Counted from the first letter of the stretch, positions 9,128-19,301 are shown. The stretch: 64,000 nucleotides of DNA from an uncultured bacterium (GCA_963835045.1 CAWIDW010000003.1:31928-95927), one strand, 5' to 3'. The notes: generated by a model from the sequence alone, not told the origin. Numbers and translations: made by a program.

Positions 9128-9155
9128 ATCATACTCTTGTAAAAATATTTGTCAA
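9128..9155 (-). promoter_or_regulatory. sigma70-type promoter for the 8473..9039 gene
   Basis: The minus strand reads TTGACA-N16-TATGAT (tgtcaa at 9150-9155 and atcata at 9128-9133 on the + strand). Confidence 0.55.
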
Positions 9156-9170
9156 GAATAGTGTCGCAAC

Positions 9171-9197
9171 AAAAAACCACGGCTCACCGTGGTTTTA
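9171..9197 (-). terminator. rho-independent terminator of the 9211..9612 gene
   Basis: AAAACCACGG(ctca)CCGTGGTTTT. On the minus strand the stem is followed by a T6 run. Confidence 0.7.
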
Positions 9198-9210
9198 ATT
9201 TTCAAAATCT

Positions 9211-9612
9211 TTACGCGGCTTCTATTTTGTGGGCTTCCTGCCAGTCTTTATCAACCCAGAGCAGGAGGGTTTCTACGGGAAAGCCAAATCCTTCAACGGT
9301 TTTTTTGGCTTGTTGCAAGTGCGCAAGCTGTTGGGCTTTTTCTACGGGATTTCCGGCGCAGCTAAAGTGTCCGACAATGGCAACCACGTTTGAGCCGTGA
9401 TGCTGGACTGAAATGCCAACCCTTTTTTTAATGTTTTCAACAATGATGCTATCTTGGTTATCGGCTAAAATTTTGTTGGGGCCGGGTTCGGTGACCATAT
9501 CAACAAAATCCACGCCGTAATGTTCTTGCAAATAGTTTTTGACCGGATTTTGACATCGGCCGTCCATGCAATTAATAACGCATGCAAACGTATTTTTTGG
9601 TTCCATAGTCAT
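9211..9612 (-). CDS. small beta-carbonic-anhydrase-like protein (CxDxR ... HxxC)
   Basis: 133 aa. CMDGR at residues 15-19 and GHFSCAG at 81-87 mimic the beta-CA zinc-ligand motifs. The protein is much shorter than canonical beta-CAs. Confidence 0.4.
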   Translation of the reverse strand: MTMEPKNTFACVINCMDGRCQNPVKNYLQEHYGVDFVDMVTEPGPNKILADNQDSIIVENIKKRVGISVQHHGSNVVAIVGHFSCAGNPVEKAQQLAHLQQAKKTVEGFGFPVETLLLWVDKDWQEAHKIEAA

Positions 9613-9718
9613 GTAATTTAGTATCGCACCTGGTAATTAAGATGGTAACACGGCTAATATATTTTGCAAGATGGCGGCGATATTTTTCAATCTATAAAAA
9701 ATAGGGTACAATATTTGT

Positions 9719-11014
9719 ATGGAATCTAAAGATGCATCAAAGAAAAAGGCTTGGGTTATAGCGGCCGATATGGGTTATGGCCATCAACGAACCGCTTATC
9801 CTTTAAAGGATGTGGCTTTTGGTAACAAAGTCATTAATGCCAATAATTACGATGGCATTCCCAAAAAAGACGAGCAGTTTTGGAATACCACCAAATCCTT
9901 TTATGAATTTGTTTCGCGCTTACGGAGAATTCCATTTGTCGGTTTGTTTATTTTTTTATTTTTTGATAGTTTCCAAAAAATCATGGGCTACTACCCCAAG
10001 CGCGATTTGTCGGGGGCAAATTTCAGCGGGAAAGCCGCCTACTCTTTTATTAAAAAGGGTTGGGGTAGAGATTTGATAGAAAGCTTGGCAAAAAATCCCT
10101 TGCCGTTGGTGACAACTTTTTTTACTCCAGCCTTTATGGCCGAGGAGTGCAACTACCCCAATGCCATTTATTGTGTTATTTGTGACGCCGATATCGCCAG
10201 AGCCTGGGTGCCGCTCGACCCCAAACATAGCCGCATTACCTATTTTGCTTCGTGCAGTTGGTCTAAAGACCGTCTTTTGCAGTACGGGGTTTTGCCAGAG
10301 CACATTGCTTTGACCGGTTATCCTCTGCCCAAAGAAAATATCGGCGGGGAAGATTTAAGTATTGTAAAAAAAGACATGGGCCATCGCTTGCTTAATCTTG
10401 ATCCCAGCGGTAAATATCGCAGTCTTTATAGTCCTTTGATTAATTCGTATTTGGGCCAGCTTCCCAGTCATCCCAATCATCCTCTCACCTTGCTATTTTC
10501 CATTGGCGGAGCAGGCGCTCAAAAAGAGATCGCTTTGCAAATTGTTAACAGTTTACGCTCGAAGATAAAAAATAAAGAGTTGAAATTTATTATTTCGGTT
10601 GGCACCCGGCAAGAGCTTATAGTCTATTTTAATAACCATATCAAAGATTTACTCGCTGATGGCTGGGTGACGATTTTGTCAGGTAAAACCATGAACGAAT
10701 ATTTTGATGCCTTCAACAAGGCTTTACGAACCACGGATCTGTTGCTTACCAAACCTTCCGAACTTTCTTTTTACGCGGCTTTGGGCATCCCTATTATTAT
10801 TCAAACTTCGATTGGATCCCAAGAAGATTTTAATCGCAGATGGTTGACCCATATTGGCGCTGGAATTTTACAAGAGAATCCCGATTATATGGCAGAATGG
10901 CTTTTTGACATGCTTGAAACCGGCGACTTTGCAGAAGCAGGAATGCAAGGCTTTGTAGAAATAGAAAAATTAGGGACTTACAATATTGAGAAGATAATTC
11001 AAAATTTCAAATGA
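9719..11014 (+). CDS. GT-B fold glycosyltransferase, GT28/MGDG-synthase-like
   Basis: N-terminal WVIAADMGYGHQRTA and C-terminal LLTKPSELSFYAALGIPIII resemble the MurG/MGDG-synthase family motifs (GH..a; tKpG..t..Ea...g.P). Confidence 0.5.
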   Translation: MESKDASKKKAWVIAADMGYGHQRTAYPLKDVAFGNKVINANNYDGIPKKDEQFWNTTKSFYEFVSRLRRIPFVGLFIFLFFDSFQKIMGYYPKRDLSGANFSGKAAYSFIKKGWGRDLIESLAKNPLPLVTTFFTPAFMAEECNYPNAIYCVICDADIARAWVPLDPKHSRITYFASCSWSKDRLLQYGVLPEHIALTGYPLPKENIGGEDLSIVKKDMGHRLLNLDPSGKYRSLYSPLINSYLGQLPSHPNHPLTLLFSIGGAGAQKEIALQIVNSLRSKIKNKELKFIISVGTRQELIVYFNNHIKDLLADGWVTILSGKTMNEYFDAFNKALRTTDLLLTKPSELSFYAALGIPIIIQTSIGSQEDFNRRWLTHIGAGILQENPDYMAEWLFDMLETGDFAEAGMQGFVEIEKLGTYNIEKIIQNFK

Positions 11015-12027
11015 ATAAAGCGGTTAAATTCTGCGGCCTAGTTTTTATTGGACTCTTGATTGTGGCCCTGCTTTATTTTTTTGTGGGCAATGCGCCGCAG
11101 CAAAAAAACATTACCTGGGGGGTTAATTTTTCACAAATGCAAGCCGATTCATTGAAACTGGATTGGAAACAGACTTACCTGGCCATTATTGAAGATCTGG
11201 GCGCAAAAAATATTAAACTGATTACCAATTGGGATTATGTCGAAGGTAAACAGGACACGTTTTATTTTAGCGACATTGATTGGCAACTGGCTCAAGCCCA
11301 AGCTCATCAAGTACATGTTATTTATGTGGTTGGCTTAAAAACTGGGCGTTGGCCGGAGTGTCATGCTCCCGGCTGGGCCAGTAGCCTTTCACAGTCACAG
11401 GAGCAAAGCGAATTACTGGACTATATCAGGGAAGTAGTGGAAAGATACAAAAGCAATAGCGCCATTACTACCTGGCAGGTTGAAAATGAACCTTTGTTTG
11501 AGTTTGGGCAATGCCCAGGCTGGTACTACGACAGTGACAGTTTTTTGAAACAGGAAGTGGCTTTGGTAAAATCCTTGGATCCCACCAGGCCCGTCATTGT
11601 GTCGGACTCCGGAGAACAGTCTTTTTGGTTTGATGCTGCCAGTATTGGGGATATCGTCGGAGTGACCATGTATCGAACGGTCTGGGTTCACATTTCAAAT
11701 AGCCTTGGTTTTTATACCACCTATCCTATTCCGCCAGTTTTTTATTATCGCAAAGCCCAATTACTGGGGTATTTGTTTGGCAAGCCCGTCATATCGGTTG
11801 AACTCCAAGCCGAGCCGTGGGTCTCGGGTTCATTTAGTGATACTCCGCTGGCAGAGCAAGAACAAACCATGAATCTGGGCCAATTTAAATCAAATGTCAC
11901 TTACGCAAAGCAAACGGGACTCAACACCTTTTACTTTTGGGGAGCCGAATGGTGGTATTGGCTCAAAACAAAAGAGAATCAACCCCAAATTTGGAATTAC
12001 GCCAAAGAAATCATACGCCAGCAATAA
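11011..12027 (+). CDS. membrane-anchored glycoside hydrolase, clan GH-A (GH5-like)
   Basis: N-terminal TM helix. WQVENEPLFEFG contains the NEP acid/base motif. ATGA start/stop overlap with the upstream gene. Confidence 0.5.
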   Translation: MNKAVKFCGLVFIGLLIVALLYFFVGNAPQQKNITWGVNFSQMQADSLKLDWKQTYLAIIEDLGAKNIKLITNWDYVEGKQDTFYFSDIDWQLAQAQAHQVHVIYVVGLKTGRWPECHAPGWASSLSQSQEQSELLDYIREVVERYKSNSAITTWQVENEPLFEFGQCPGWYYDSDSFLKQEVALVKSLDPTRPVIVSDSGEQSFWFDAASIGDIVGVTMYRTVWVHISNSLGFYTTYPIPPVFYYRKAQLLGYLFGKPVISVELQAEPWVSGSFSDTPLAEQEQTMNLGQFKSNVTYAKQTGLNTFYFWGAEWWYWLKTKENQPQIWNYAKEIIRQQ

Positions 12028-12083
12028 TTTTCAAGTCTGCGCCACTGTTACGATGAGAAATTAAAAATTAAAAATTTCGTCTT

Positions 12084-12986
12084 ATGGCTTCCTGGTTGCC
12101 CGTCATTATTTTATCGTATTTCTTTTTTAGCTTAGGATACTTGGGCGACAAGTTGGTTTTGGCGAGCGCGCCAAGACCCAAATCCTATACTTTTTACATC
12201 GGCCTTTTAAGTATTCTCGTCATTGTTTTTATACCTTTTATCTCTTTTCATGCTCCCAGTCCCATTGCCATGCTTTGGATTTTCCTTGAGTCGATAGTTT
12301 ATATTGCGGGCTTGTACCTGATGTTTTTGGTGCTGGAAAAGTCAGAAGTTTCCGTGGTCATTACTACCATCGGAGCCACCCAGCCCATTTTTATTTTTAT
12401 TTTAACCTGGCTATTTTGGGGAGCCCAAGTAATAACCGGAGTGAATGTGGTGGCATTTTTACTGCTCTTGGCTGGCAGCGTTATTATTTCGCTCAATAAA
12501 AAGTTTACCATCAGTAAAGAATATCTAACTTTAACCATTCTGGCTTCCTTGATGTTTTCATTTGATTACATTTTTTCCAAACTGGTTTTTTTGCATCAGC
12601 CGTTTTTACAGGGATTTATCTGGATGCGAATTGCCAGCTTTATTTTGGTACTCCTGTTTCTTTTGAGCCGTAAATTTAGAAAAGAGATTTTTCAAAAGCA
12701 ACACATTCCTGATGTTAAAACCAGTCTTATCTTTTTTGCCACCCAAGCTTCGGGAGGCGTTGCCAATCTATTGCAAAACTTAGCTATTTTTTTAGCTCCG
12801 GTGGCGTTTTTGCCCATTATTAATGCGCTCCGGGGAATTCAGTATGTCTTTTTATTTTTGATGACCCTCTTTTTTTCACTCTTTTTGCCGCGCATCCTAA
12901 AAGAAGATATCTCGCGCCGCTTGCTTGTTTTAAAAATAATCTCTATAGTATTGATAGTGGCCGCCCTGGTAATGCTGTCAGTTTAG
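12084..12986 (+). CDS. EamA/DMT-superfamily-like transporter
   Basis: 300 aa with about 10 TM helices in two similar halves. No specific motif. Confidence 0.45.
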   Translation: MASWLPVIILSYFFFSLGYLGDKLVLASAPRPKSYTFYIGLLSILVIVFIPFISFHAPSPIAMLWIFLESIVYIAGLYLMFLVLEKSEVSVVITTIGATQPIFIFILTWLFWGAQVITGVNVVAFLLLLAGSVIISLNKKFTISKEYLTLTILASLMFSFDYIFSKLVFLHQPFLQGFIWMRIASFILVLLFLLSRKFRKEIFQKQHIPDVKTSLIFFATQASGGVANLLQNLAIFLAPVAFLPIINALRGIQYVFLFLMTLFFSLFLPRILKEDISRRLLVLKIISIVLIVAALVMLSV

Positions 12987-13016
12987 GGTGCCGCTTGCCA
13001 TGTTATTTTTTTAATT

Positions 13017-13727
13017 ATGCTTTTAAGTATTATCATTCCCACGTTAAACGAAGAAAAATACCTGCCAGGATTGCTTGCTTCAATAAAAAAGCAAGATTTT
13101 AAAGATTACCAAATAATTTTGGCCGATGCCGGCTCTAAAGATGCCACCCTGGAAATTGCCAAGCAATACGGCTGCATTATTGTTCCCGGCGGTCTTCCCG
13201 CAAAAGCCAGAAATAATGGCGCCCGCGCTGCCAGCGGAGAAATACTTTTTTTTCTGGACGCGGACACCTGGCTGGCCGATCGGTTTTTAACTGAATCTTT
13301 GGGAGAATTTCAAAAAAGAAAGCTAGACGTCGCCAGTTTTTGCCTTATTCCTTATCCCAAGGAAACAATCTCCTCTTTATTTTTGAATGTATGTTACAAC
13401 AGCATGATTATCGCTTCGCAAAAAGTGTTGGCCCACGGAGCCATGGGGATTTTGGTAAAACAAGAACTCTTCTTCGTCCTTAATGGTTTTGATGAAGATA
13501 TTAAACTTGCGGAAGACCACGATTTAGTTCGGCGCGCCGCCAAGCTGGGAAAATTTGGAATCATTAGAAGTCAAAAACTCTTATTTTCAGACCGAAGGTT
13601 TAAAAAGGAAGGCTGGATAAGGGTGGGGATCACCTATTTTCTATGCGAGCTTTACATGATCTTTATTGGACCGGTAAAATCTGATATATTTAACTATCAG
13701 TTCAACCATTATCAAGAGAAAAAGTAA
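13017..13727 (+). CDS. family 2 glycosyltransferase
   Basis: LSIIIPTLNEEKYL, ADAGSKD and FLDADT motifs. Confidence 0.8.
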   Translation: MLLSIIIPTLNEEKYLPGLLASIKKQDFKDYQIILADAGSKDATLEIAKQYGCIIVPGGLPAKARNNGARAASGEILFFLDADTWLADRFLTESLGEFQKRKLDVASFCLIPYPKETISSLFLNVCYNSMIIASQKVLAHGAMGILVKQELFFVLNGFDEDIKLAEDHDLVRRAAKLGKFGIIRSQKLLFSDRRFKKEGWIRVGITYFLCELYMIFIGPVKSDIFNYQFNHYQEKK

Positions 13728-13881
13728 CGCAACTAAAAAGTCGCATTATTAGTAGTATCTTAAACTAATTTAGAAATCGAAAGTCAGCATTACCATCAAA
13801 AATTCAAAAATATCGTTAGCAATTTTAGCTTTTGATTTGAAATTTTGCATTTTGATATTTGCATTTTGATTTCTTGCCACA

Positions 13882-15183
13882 ATGTACAATTTACCCGATT
13901 TTAATGCCAAAGAAAAAGCCTCACAGTTTTTCAGTAGCCCATTGGTGAGAGTGCTGTTTTTCGTTGTTGTCGTTTTCATAGTAATTTTTTGTTATCTGGA
14001 ATTTTTTTCTGTCGGGTTTTTACATAATCAAGTTGATTCTATCGTTAAAAGGGCAGAAAATGGTTTTTCATACTTTCAAAAAAAAGTGGCTGTTGCCAAC
14101 GTGCCGCCCGCCACTGGTTACGTTTCGCAAGTTTCTTATGAACAGGCCATTATTAACGCGGTAAAGAGTGCGTCGCCTTCGGTGGTCAGCATTGTCATTT
14201 CAAAAAATCTTCCCGTCTACCAGCAGCAATTTGTTAACCCATTTGGCGATATGCCGGGAGGCTCGCCATTTGACTTTGAAATTCCCGAAGAAGTGCAAAA
14301 GGGAACTCAATATCAAGAGGTGGGAGCCGGTTCTGGATTTATTGTTTCCAGTGATGGCCTGGTGTTAACTAACAAGCACGTGGTTTCAGATACCGGCGCG
14401 GATTATACTGTTTTTACCAGCGATGGCACAAAATACGCCGCTAAAGTTTTGGCTTTGGATCCCGTCCAAGATTTGGCTATTATAAAAATTCAAAGCAGCA
14501 ATACTTTTCCTGCCATAAAAATCGGGGACTCATCGGGTATCCAAGTCGGCCAAACCGCCATTGCCATCGGCAATGCCTTGGGACAATTCAGTAATACTGT
14601 TTCCGTGGGCGTAGTTTCCGGTCTTGGCAGAACCATTGATGCTTCTGAAGAGGGCAATAGCTCGTTTTCTGAAACCCTGGAAGGCATCATCCAAACTGAC
14701 GCGGCAATTAATCCGGGAAATTCCGGCGGCCCGCTTTTAAACTTAAAAGGAGAAGTGATGGGCATAAATACTGCTATGGCTGACGGCGCCGACTCTATTG
14801 GTTTTGCCATACCAATTAACATTGCCAAAAAAGACATTGCTCAAATTATTGCCAGCAACAAAATTGTGTATCCTTTTTTGGGAGTTCGATACCTTGAAAT
14901 TAATGACCAAGTTCAGCAGCAGTATCATCTGTCAGTTGATAATGGAGCATTGGTGGCAAAGGGGCCTAAGGGAGAGCCAGCAGTTACTGCCGGTTCTGCC
15001 GCCGATAAAGCTGGAATTAAAGAAAACGATATTATTGAGGAGGTTGATGGCCAGCCTATTAATCAGCAAAATCCCATGCAAACCTTGATTAGCCAATATA
15101 ACCCGGGTGATACAATAACCTTAAAAATTTTGCGCGGTGGCAAAGAAATGAACGTTAGTGTCACTCTCGGATCGCGAAGCTAA
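13882..15183 (+). CDS. htrA: HtrA/DegP-family serine protease with PDZ domain
   Basis: N-terminal TM helix. Catalytic triad context TNKHV, DLAIIK and GNSGGPL. C-terminal PDZ-like region. Confidence 0.9.
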   Translation: MYNLPDFNAKEKASQFFSSPLVRVLFFVVVVFIVIFCYLEFFSVGFLHNQVDSIVKRAENGFSYFQKKVAVANVPPATGYVSQVSYEQAIINAVKSASPSVVSIVISKNLPVYQQQFVNPFGDMPGGSPFDFEIPEEVQKGTQYQEVGAGSGFIVSSDGLVLTNKHVVSDTGADYTVFTSDGTKYAAKVLALDPVQDLAIIKIQSSNTFPAIKIGDSSGIQVGQTAIAIGNALGQFSNTVSVGVVSGLGRTIDASEEGNSSFSETLEGIIQTDAAINPGNSGGPLLNLKGEVMGINTAMADGADSIGFAIPINIAKKDIAQIIASNKIVYPFLGVRYLEINDQVQQQYHLSVDNGALVAKGPKGEPAVTAGSAADKAGIKENDIIEEVDGQPINQQNPMQTLISQYNPGDTITLKILRGGKEMNVSVTLGSRS

Positions 15184-15198
15184 AACTGTCCTCAATAC

Positions 15199-15237
15199 AA
15201 AAAAAGCCCCATCATCAGGGGCTTTTTTGTTTTTTTA
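15199..15237 (+). terminator. rho-independent terminator
   Basis: AAAAAGCCCC(atcatca)GGGGCTTTTTTGTTTTTTT. Confidence 0.85.
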
Positions 15238-15318
15238 CGCTCCCTTGATTTTTCGGTCATTTTAAGCTAAGATGAAACTAAAATGATACCAGAAACGTAT
15301 TAATGGTACGTAAAAATT

Positions 15319-18024
15319 ATGAATCAAGGAGGAAATTTTACCAACAAAGCGCAGGATGCTATTTTGGCAGCCCAAATCATTGCCCAGGATCGGGGACAGC
15401 AACAAATTGATGCCCTGCATTTGCTGTACTCATTGCTTTCCCAGGAGAATTCGGTGGTTTTAACGATTCTGCAGAAATTGGGAGTTGATGTGGATACTTT
15501 AAAAAAGAAAACTGATGTCAGTATCGCTAAAATTTCCACCATGTTAAACCCAACCAGCTTTGGCCAGTTTTATCTGACCCAAGATATGGCAAAGGTGCTG
15601 GAACGCGCCCGGCAAGAATCCATGAAAATGCAGGATGATTTTATTTCGGTTGAACATTTGTTTTTGGCGCTCTTAGATCAAAAGTCTATGGCTCGTGACG
15701 TCTTGGAAAAAACCAGTTTTTTAAGCGCGGGAGGCGAAAACAACAGTCTTAAAACCGCCAAATTAAGTTATGAAGGAGTTTTAAAGATCTTAGCTTCAAT
15801 ACGCGGCGGCCAAAGAATTACCGACCCCGAGCCGGAGTCAAAGTATCAAGTAATAGAAAAATATACCAAAAATTTAACCTATATGGCCGCTTCAGGAAAA
15901 ATTGACCCGATTATCGGCCGAGATAACGAAATTCGCCGCCTGATGCAAATTATTTCCCGCCGAACCAAAAATAACCCCGTACTCATTGGAGAAGCCGGGG
16001 TGGGAAAAACCGCCATTGTAGAAGGATTTGCCCAGCGGGTAGCCCGGGGAAACGTACCAGAGTTTTTAAAAAACAAAGAAGTGATTTCCTTGGATTTGGG
16101 TGCCATTATTGCCGGCACAAAATACCGGGGTGAATTTGAGACCAGGATTAAAGCGTTGCTGAAAGAAGTTGCCCGGTCCCAAGGCAAATACATTTTGTTT
16201 ATTGATGAATTGCACACCTTGGTCGGCGCGGGGGCCGCTGAAGGTGCCATTGATGCTTCTAATTTACTCAAGCCTGCTTTGGCTCGGGGAGAGCTGCGAG
16301 CTATTGGAGCCACGACGTTTAAAGAATACCAAAAATACATTGAAAAAGATCCTGCTTTGGAACGAAGGTTTCAGCCTATTAATGTCCAAGAACCATCGGT
16401 GGATGATGCTACGGCTATTTTGCGGGGCATTAAAGAAAAATACGAAGTTCATCATGGAGTACGGATTAAAGACTCGGCTATTAAAGCGGCAGTAGAATTA
16501 AGTTCTCGCTATATTGCCGACCGATTTTTGCCTGACAAAGCAGTAGACTTAATGGATGAAGCGGCTTCGGCTTTAAGGCTTGAGATTGAATCGGAACCCC
16601 AGGAATTGGAAAAGTATGATGAAGAAATTACCAAACTGGAAATCGAAAAACAGGCTTTAAAAAAGGAAAAAGACTCTCAAAGGCGTCTGGCGGCCATCGC
16701 CAAGGAATTGGCTGATATCAAAGAAACCACCAAAGAGCTGCGTGCCAAATGGGATGCTGAAAAAGAGCTGATTAATAAAATCAAAGACATCCGTAAAAAA
16801 ATTGACGAGCTGTCTTATCAAACCGAATTGGCCCAGCGCGAAGCCGACCTGGAAAAAGTGGCGGAGATTAAATACGGAAAAATTCCAAGCCTTTTAAAAG
16901 ATCAAAAACTCATTGAACAAAAGTTGATTCGGCTGCAAAAAACCCACCACTTTTTAAAAGAAGAAGTAACCGAAGAAGATGTGGCTCGGGTGGTTTCGCG
17001 CTGGACGGGAATTCCAGTCATGCGCTTAATTACCGAAGAAGCCAAAAAATTGGAAACCATGGAAGCTACCTTAAACAGAAGGGTGGTTGGACAACAGGAA
17101 GCCATCAGCGCCATTTCACGGGCCATTAGGCGGGCAAGAGCCGGCATTTCAGAAGAAGACAAGCCATTGGGTTCGTTTCTCTTTTTAGGGCCAACCGGAG
17201 TTGGAAAAACCGAAACGGCCCGGGCGCTGGGAGAATTTTTATTTAACGATGAAAAATCCCTCATTCGCCTCGATATGTCAGAATACATGGAGCGCCATAC
17301 CGTTTCCAAAATTATTGGTTCTCCTCCAGGTTATGTGGGCTACGAAGAAGCCGGCCAGCTTACTGAAAAAGTTAGGCGAAGGCCGTATTCGATTGTGCTT
17401 TTGGATGAAATTGAAAAAGCCCACCCTGAAATCTTTAATGTGTTGCTCCAAATTTTTGAAGATGGAAGGCTGACCGATTCAAAAGGCAGGATGGTTTCGT
17501 TTAAAAACACCATTATTATCATGACCTCTAATGTGGGCAGTGATTTTATTAATAAAATGTCGTCCATTGGTTTTTCAAGCCAAGAAGATTTGGCTGAGCG
17601 TGAAAGTATGAAAGATAAAGTGATGAACTCGCTCAAGGATCAATTCAGACCGGAGTTTCTCAACAGAATTGACGAGATTGTTATTTTCAACTACTTAAAA
17701 CAAGAAGAAGTCAAAACCATTGTTGACTTAGAGCTGGCTAAAGTGGAAAAACGCCTCAAGGCTAAGGAAATAAGTATTAAAATCTCCGACAAAGCTAAAG
17801 AGTTTTTGGCTATCCAGGGCTTTGATCCAAACCTGGGCGCCCGTCCTTTAAAGCGTGTCATTCAGCGGTTAATTTTGGATCCCTTGTCCGTTAAAATTGT
17901 CACCGGAGAAATTGCCGAAGGTTCACGAATTCTTATTGATGAACAAGATGGGACGGTGGTGTTTGAAGTGCCAAAATTGTTGGCAAAAATGAATATACAG
18001 GAGAGGGCAAAAGTATCTCACTAA
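15319..18024 (+). CDS. clpB: ATP-dependent chaperone ClpB
   Basis: Clp N-domain, two Walker A boxes ([16 protein letters not shown]) and a long coiled-coil middle domain between the AAA modules. Confidence 0.92.
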   Translation: MNQGGNFTNKAQDAILAAQIIAQDRGQQQIDALHLLYSLLSQENSVVLTILQKLGVDVDTLKKKTDVSIAKISTMLNPTSFGQFYLTQDMAKVLERARQESMKMQDDFISVEHLFLALLDQKSMARDVLEKTSFLSAGGENNSLKTAKLSYEGVLKILASIRGGQRITDPEPESKYQVIEKYTKNLTYMAASGKIDPIIGRDNEIRRLMQIISRRTKNNPVLIGEAGVGKTAIVEGFAQRVARGNVPEFLKNKEVISLDLGAIIAGTKYRGEFETRIKALLKEVARSQGKYILFIDELHTLVGAGAAEGAIDASNLLKPALARGELRAIGATTFKEYQKYIEKDPALERRFQPINVQEPSVDDATAILRGIKEKYEVHHGVRIKDSAIKAAVELSSRYIADRFLPDKAVDLMDEAASALRLEIESEPQELEKYDEEITKLEIEKQALKKEKDSQRRLAAIAKELADIKETTKELRAKWDAEKELINKIKDIRKKIDELSYQTELAQREADLEKVAEIKYGKIPSLLKDQKLIEQKLIRLQKTHHFLKEEVTEEDVARVVSRWTGIPVMRLITEEAKKLETMEATLNRRVVGQQEAISAISRAIRRARAGISEEDKPLGSFLFLGPTGVGKTETARALGEFLFNDEKSLIRLDMSEYMERHTVSKIIGSPPGYVGYEEAGQLTEKVRRRPYSIVLLDEIEKAHPEIFNVLLQIFEDGRLTDSKGRMVSFKNTIIIMTSNVGSDFINKMSSIGFSSQEDLAERESMKDKVMNSLKDQFRPEFLNRIDEIVIFNYLKQEEVKTIVDLELAKVEKRLKAKEISIKISDKAKEFLAIQGFDPNLGARPLKRVIQRLILDPLSVKIVTGEIAEGSRILIDEQDGTVVFEVPKLLAKMNIQERAKVSH

Positions 18025-18039
18025 TATCACATTCACCCG

Positions 18040-18363
18040 ATGATTAATTTTGACGATTTTAAAAAAATAGAAATAAAAATCGGTACCATTGTTTCCGCAG
18101 AAAAAGTGGAAGGCGCTGATAAGTTACTTAAACTCATGTTTGACTTCGGCGGGGCAGAGCCAGTGCAAATTCTCTCTGGAATTGCCCAGTACTATGACCC
18201 AGCCGCTTTGGTGGGCAAACAGGTCCCCGTGGTAGTCAATTTGGAGCCAAGAACATTAAAAGGCCAGGTCAGCAACGGAATGATGTTAGCCGTGGTAGTT
18301 GAGGATAAACCCGTGCTGTTGCATCCGGATAACACTGTTCCCGCGGGGAGTTTGATAAGATAA
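18040..18363 (+). CDS. tRNA-binding domain protein (CsaA/Trbp111-like)
   Basis: 107 aa. FKKIEIKIGTIVSAEKVEGADKLLKLMFDFGG ... NGMMLA matches the OB-fold tRNA-binding domain found at the MetRS/PheRS C-termini. Confidence 0.8.
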   Translation: MINFDDFKKIEIKIGTIVSAEKVEGADKLLKLMFDFGGAEPVQILSGIAQYYDPAALVGKQVPVVVNLEPRTLKGQVSNGMMLAVVVEDKPVLLHPDNTVPAGSLIR

Positions 18364-18380
18364 TTGAATCTGGTGAAGAT

Positions 18381-18410
18381 AAAAAGGCTTTCTTGGAAAG
18401 CCTTTTTGGT
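18381..18410 (+). terminator. rho-independent terminator
   Basis: AAAAAGGCTTTC(ttgg)GAAAGCCTTTTT. Confidence 0.85.
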
Positions 18411-18567
18411 TAAGCTATTTTTGCCAAAATATCTGACAATTTTTACGAGAAAATAAGCGATATTTATGATACAATGAGACCATTATTTATTTTTGACTTT
18501 GCCGTGATTTTTTGTTAATTTAAACGGATTAGTTAACCTTTTTAGAACAGATATAAAAAATCATTTT

Positions 18568-19191
18568 ATGAAAGAGGATTTGACAACAATAACTCAAAGC
18601 GCTTATCGGATTTTGGATTTTTTGCCGGAGGGGGATCCTTTAAAAAATAAAGCTAAAGAAAGGGTGTTGGCAATATTGGAAGGCGCAACTCTTGTTTTTA
18701 ATAGCGTTAGTGGGCTGTCGCAAAAAATCCCGGAGCCGCATGAAAATGTGCAAACCTTGGCGACACAACTTCTGTGCGACATCGATATTCTTGAAAATTA
18801 TTTTTATATTGCAAAGTATCAGGGTTGGGTAGATGGTGTTAATTTTTTAATCATCGTCAATGAATATAAAAAGATAAACAGCAGTATTGAAGTTGTAAAA
18901 GCATCTTTGAGGCAACCAAAAGTGGAGACTGTCAGTAGTAGGAAAGAGAATCCTACCGGTTCTCAAAAGCCGATATCAGACCAGGGGAAGTATTCTCCAA
19001 GGCAGGGCGAAATTTTAAAAATATTATCTAAAAAAGAAAAGGCTCAAGTTGCCGATTTTCTTAAGGAGCTACCTGATGTGACTAAAAGGACGATACGAAG
19101 AGATTTGGATGATTTATTAAAGAAAGGCAAGGTAGTTAGGGTTGGTGAATGGAATCAAGTGATGTATTCACTGGGTGAAGGTAGAAAGTAG
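18568..19191 (+). CDS. transcriptional regulator with C-terminal DeoR-type winged HTH
   Basis: The C-terminal RQGEILKILSKKEKAQVADFLKELPDVTKRTIRRDLDDLLKKGKVVRVG is a typical HTH_DeoR/HTH_11 pattern. The N-terminal helical domain is unassigned. Confidence 0.6.
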   Translation: MKEDLTTITQSAYRILDFLPEGDPLKNKAKERVLAILEGATLVFNSVSGLSQKIPEPHENVQTLATQLLCDIDILENYFYIAKYQGWVDGVNFLIIVNEYKKINSSIEVVKASLRQPKVETVSSRKENPTGSQKPISDQGKYSPRQGEILKILSKKEKAQVADFLKELPDVTKRTIRRDLDDLLKKGKVVRVGEWNQVMYSLGEGRK

Positions 19192-19203
19192 GACAAAGAC
19201 CTA

Positions 19204-19257
19204 TTGTTAGGACATTTGATAGGACATAGTTAGTTGTCCTATCAAATGTCCTAACAA
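19204..19257. promoter_or_regulatory. perfect 23-bp inverted repeat built from TAGGACA words (operator and/or terminator)
   Basis: ttgttaggacatttgataggaca (19204-19226) is the exact reverse complement of 19235-19257, with an 8-nt loop. TAGGACA/TGTCCTA words sit at 12-nt spacing, and one further copy overlaps the regulator stop codon (19189-19195). Confidence 0.7.
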
Positions 19258-19272
19258 ATGACAGATTTAATA

Positions 19273-19301
19273 TTGATTTTATTCTGTATTTATGTTAAAA
19301 T
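19273..19301 (+). promoter_or_regulatory. candidate promoter of the ECF sigma gene (near-leaderless)
   Basis: TTGATT-N17-TAAAAT. The -10 box ends 10 nt before the ATG at 19312. Confidence 0.45.
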
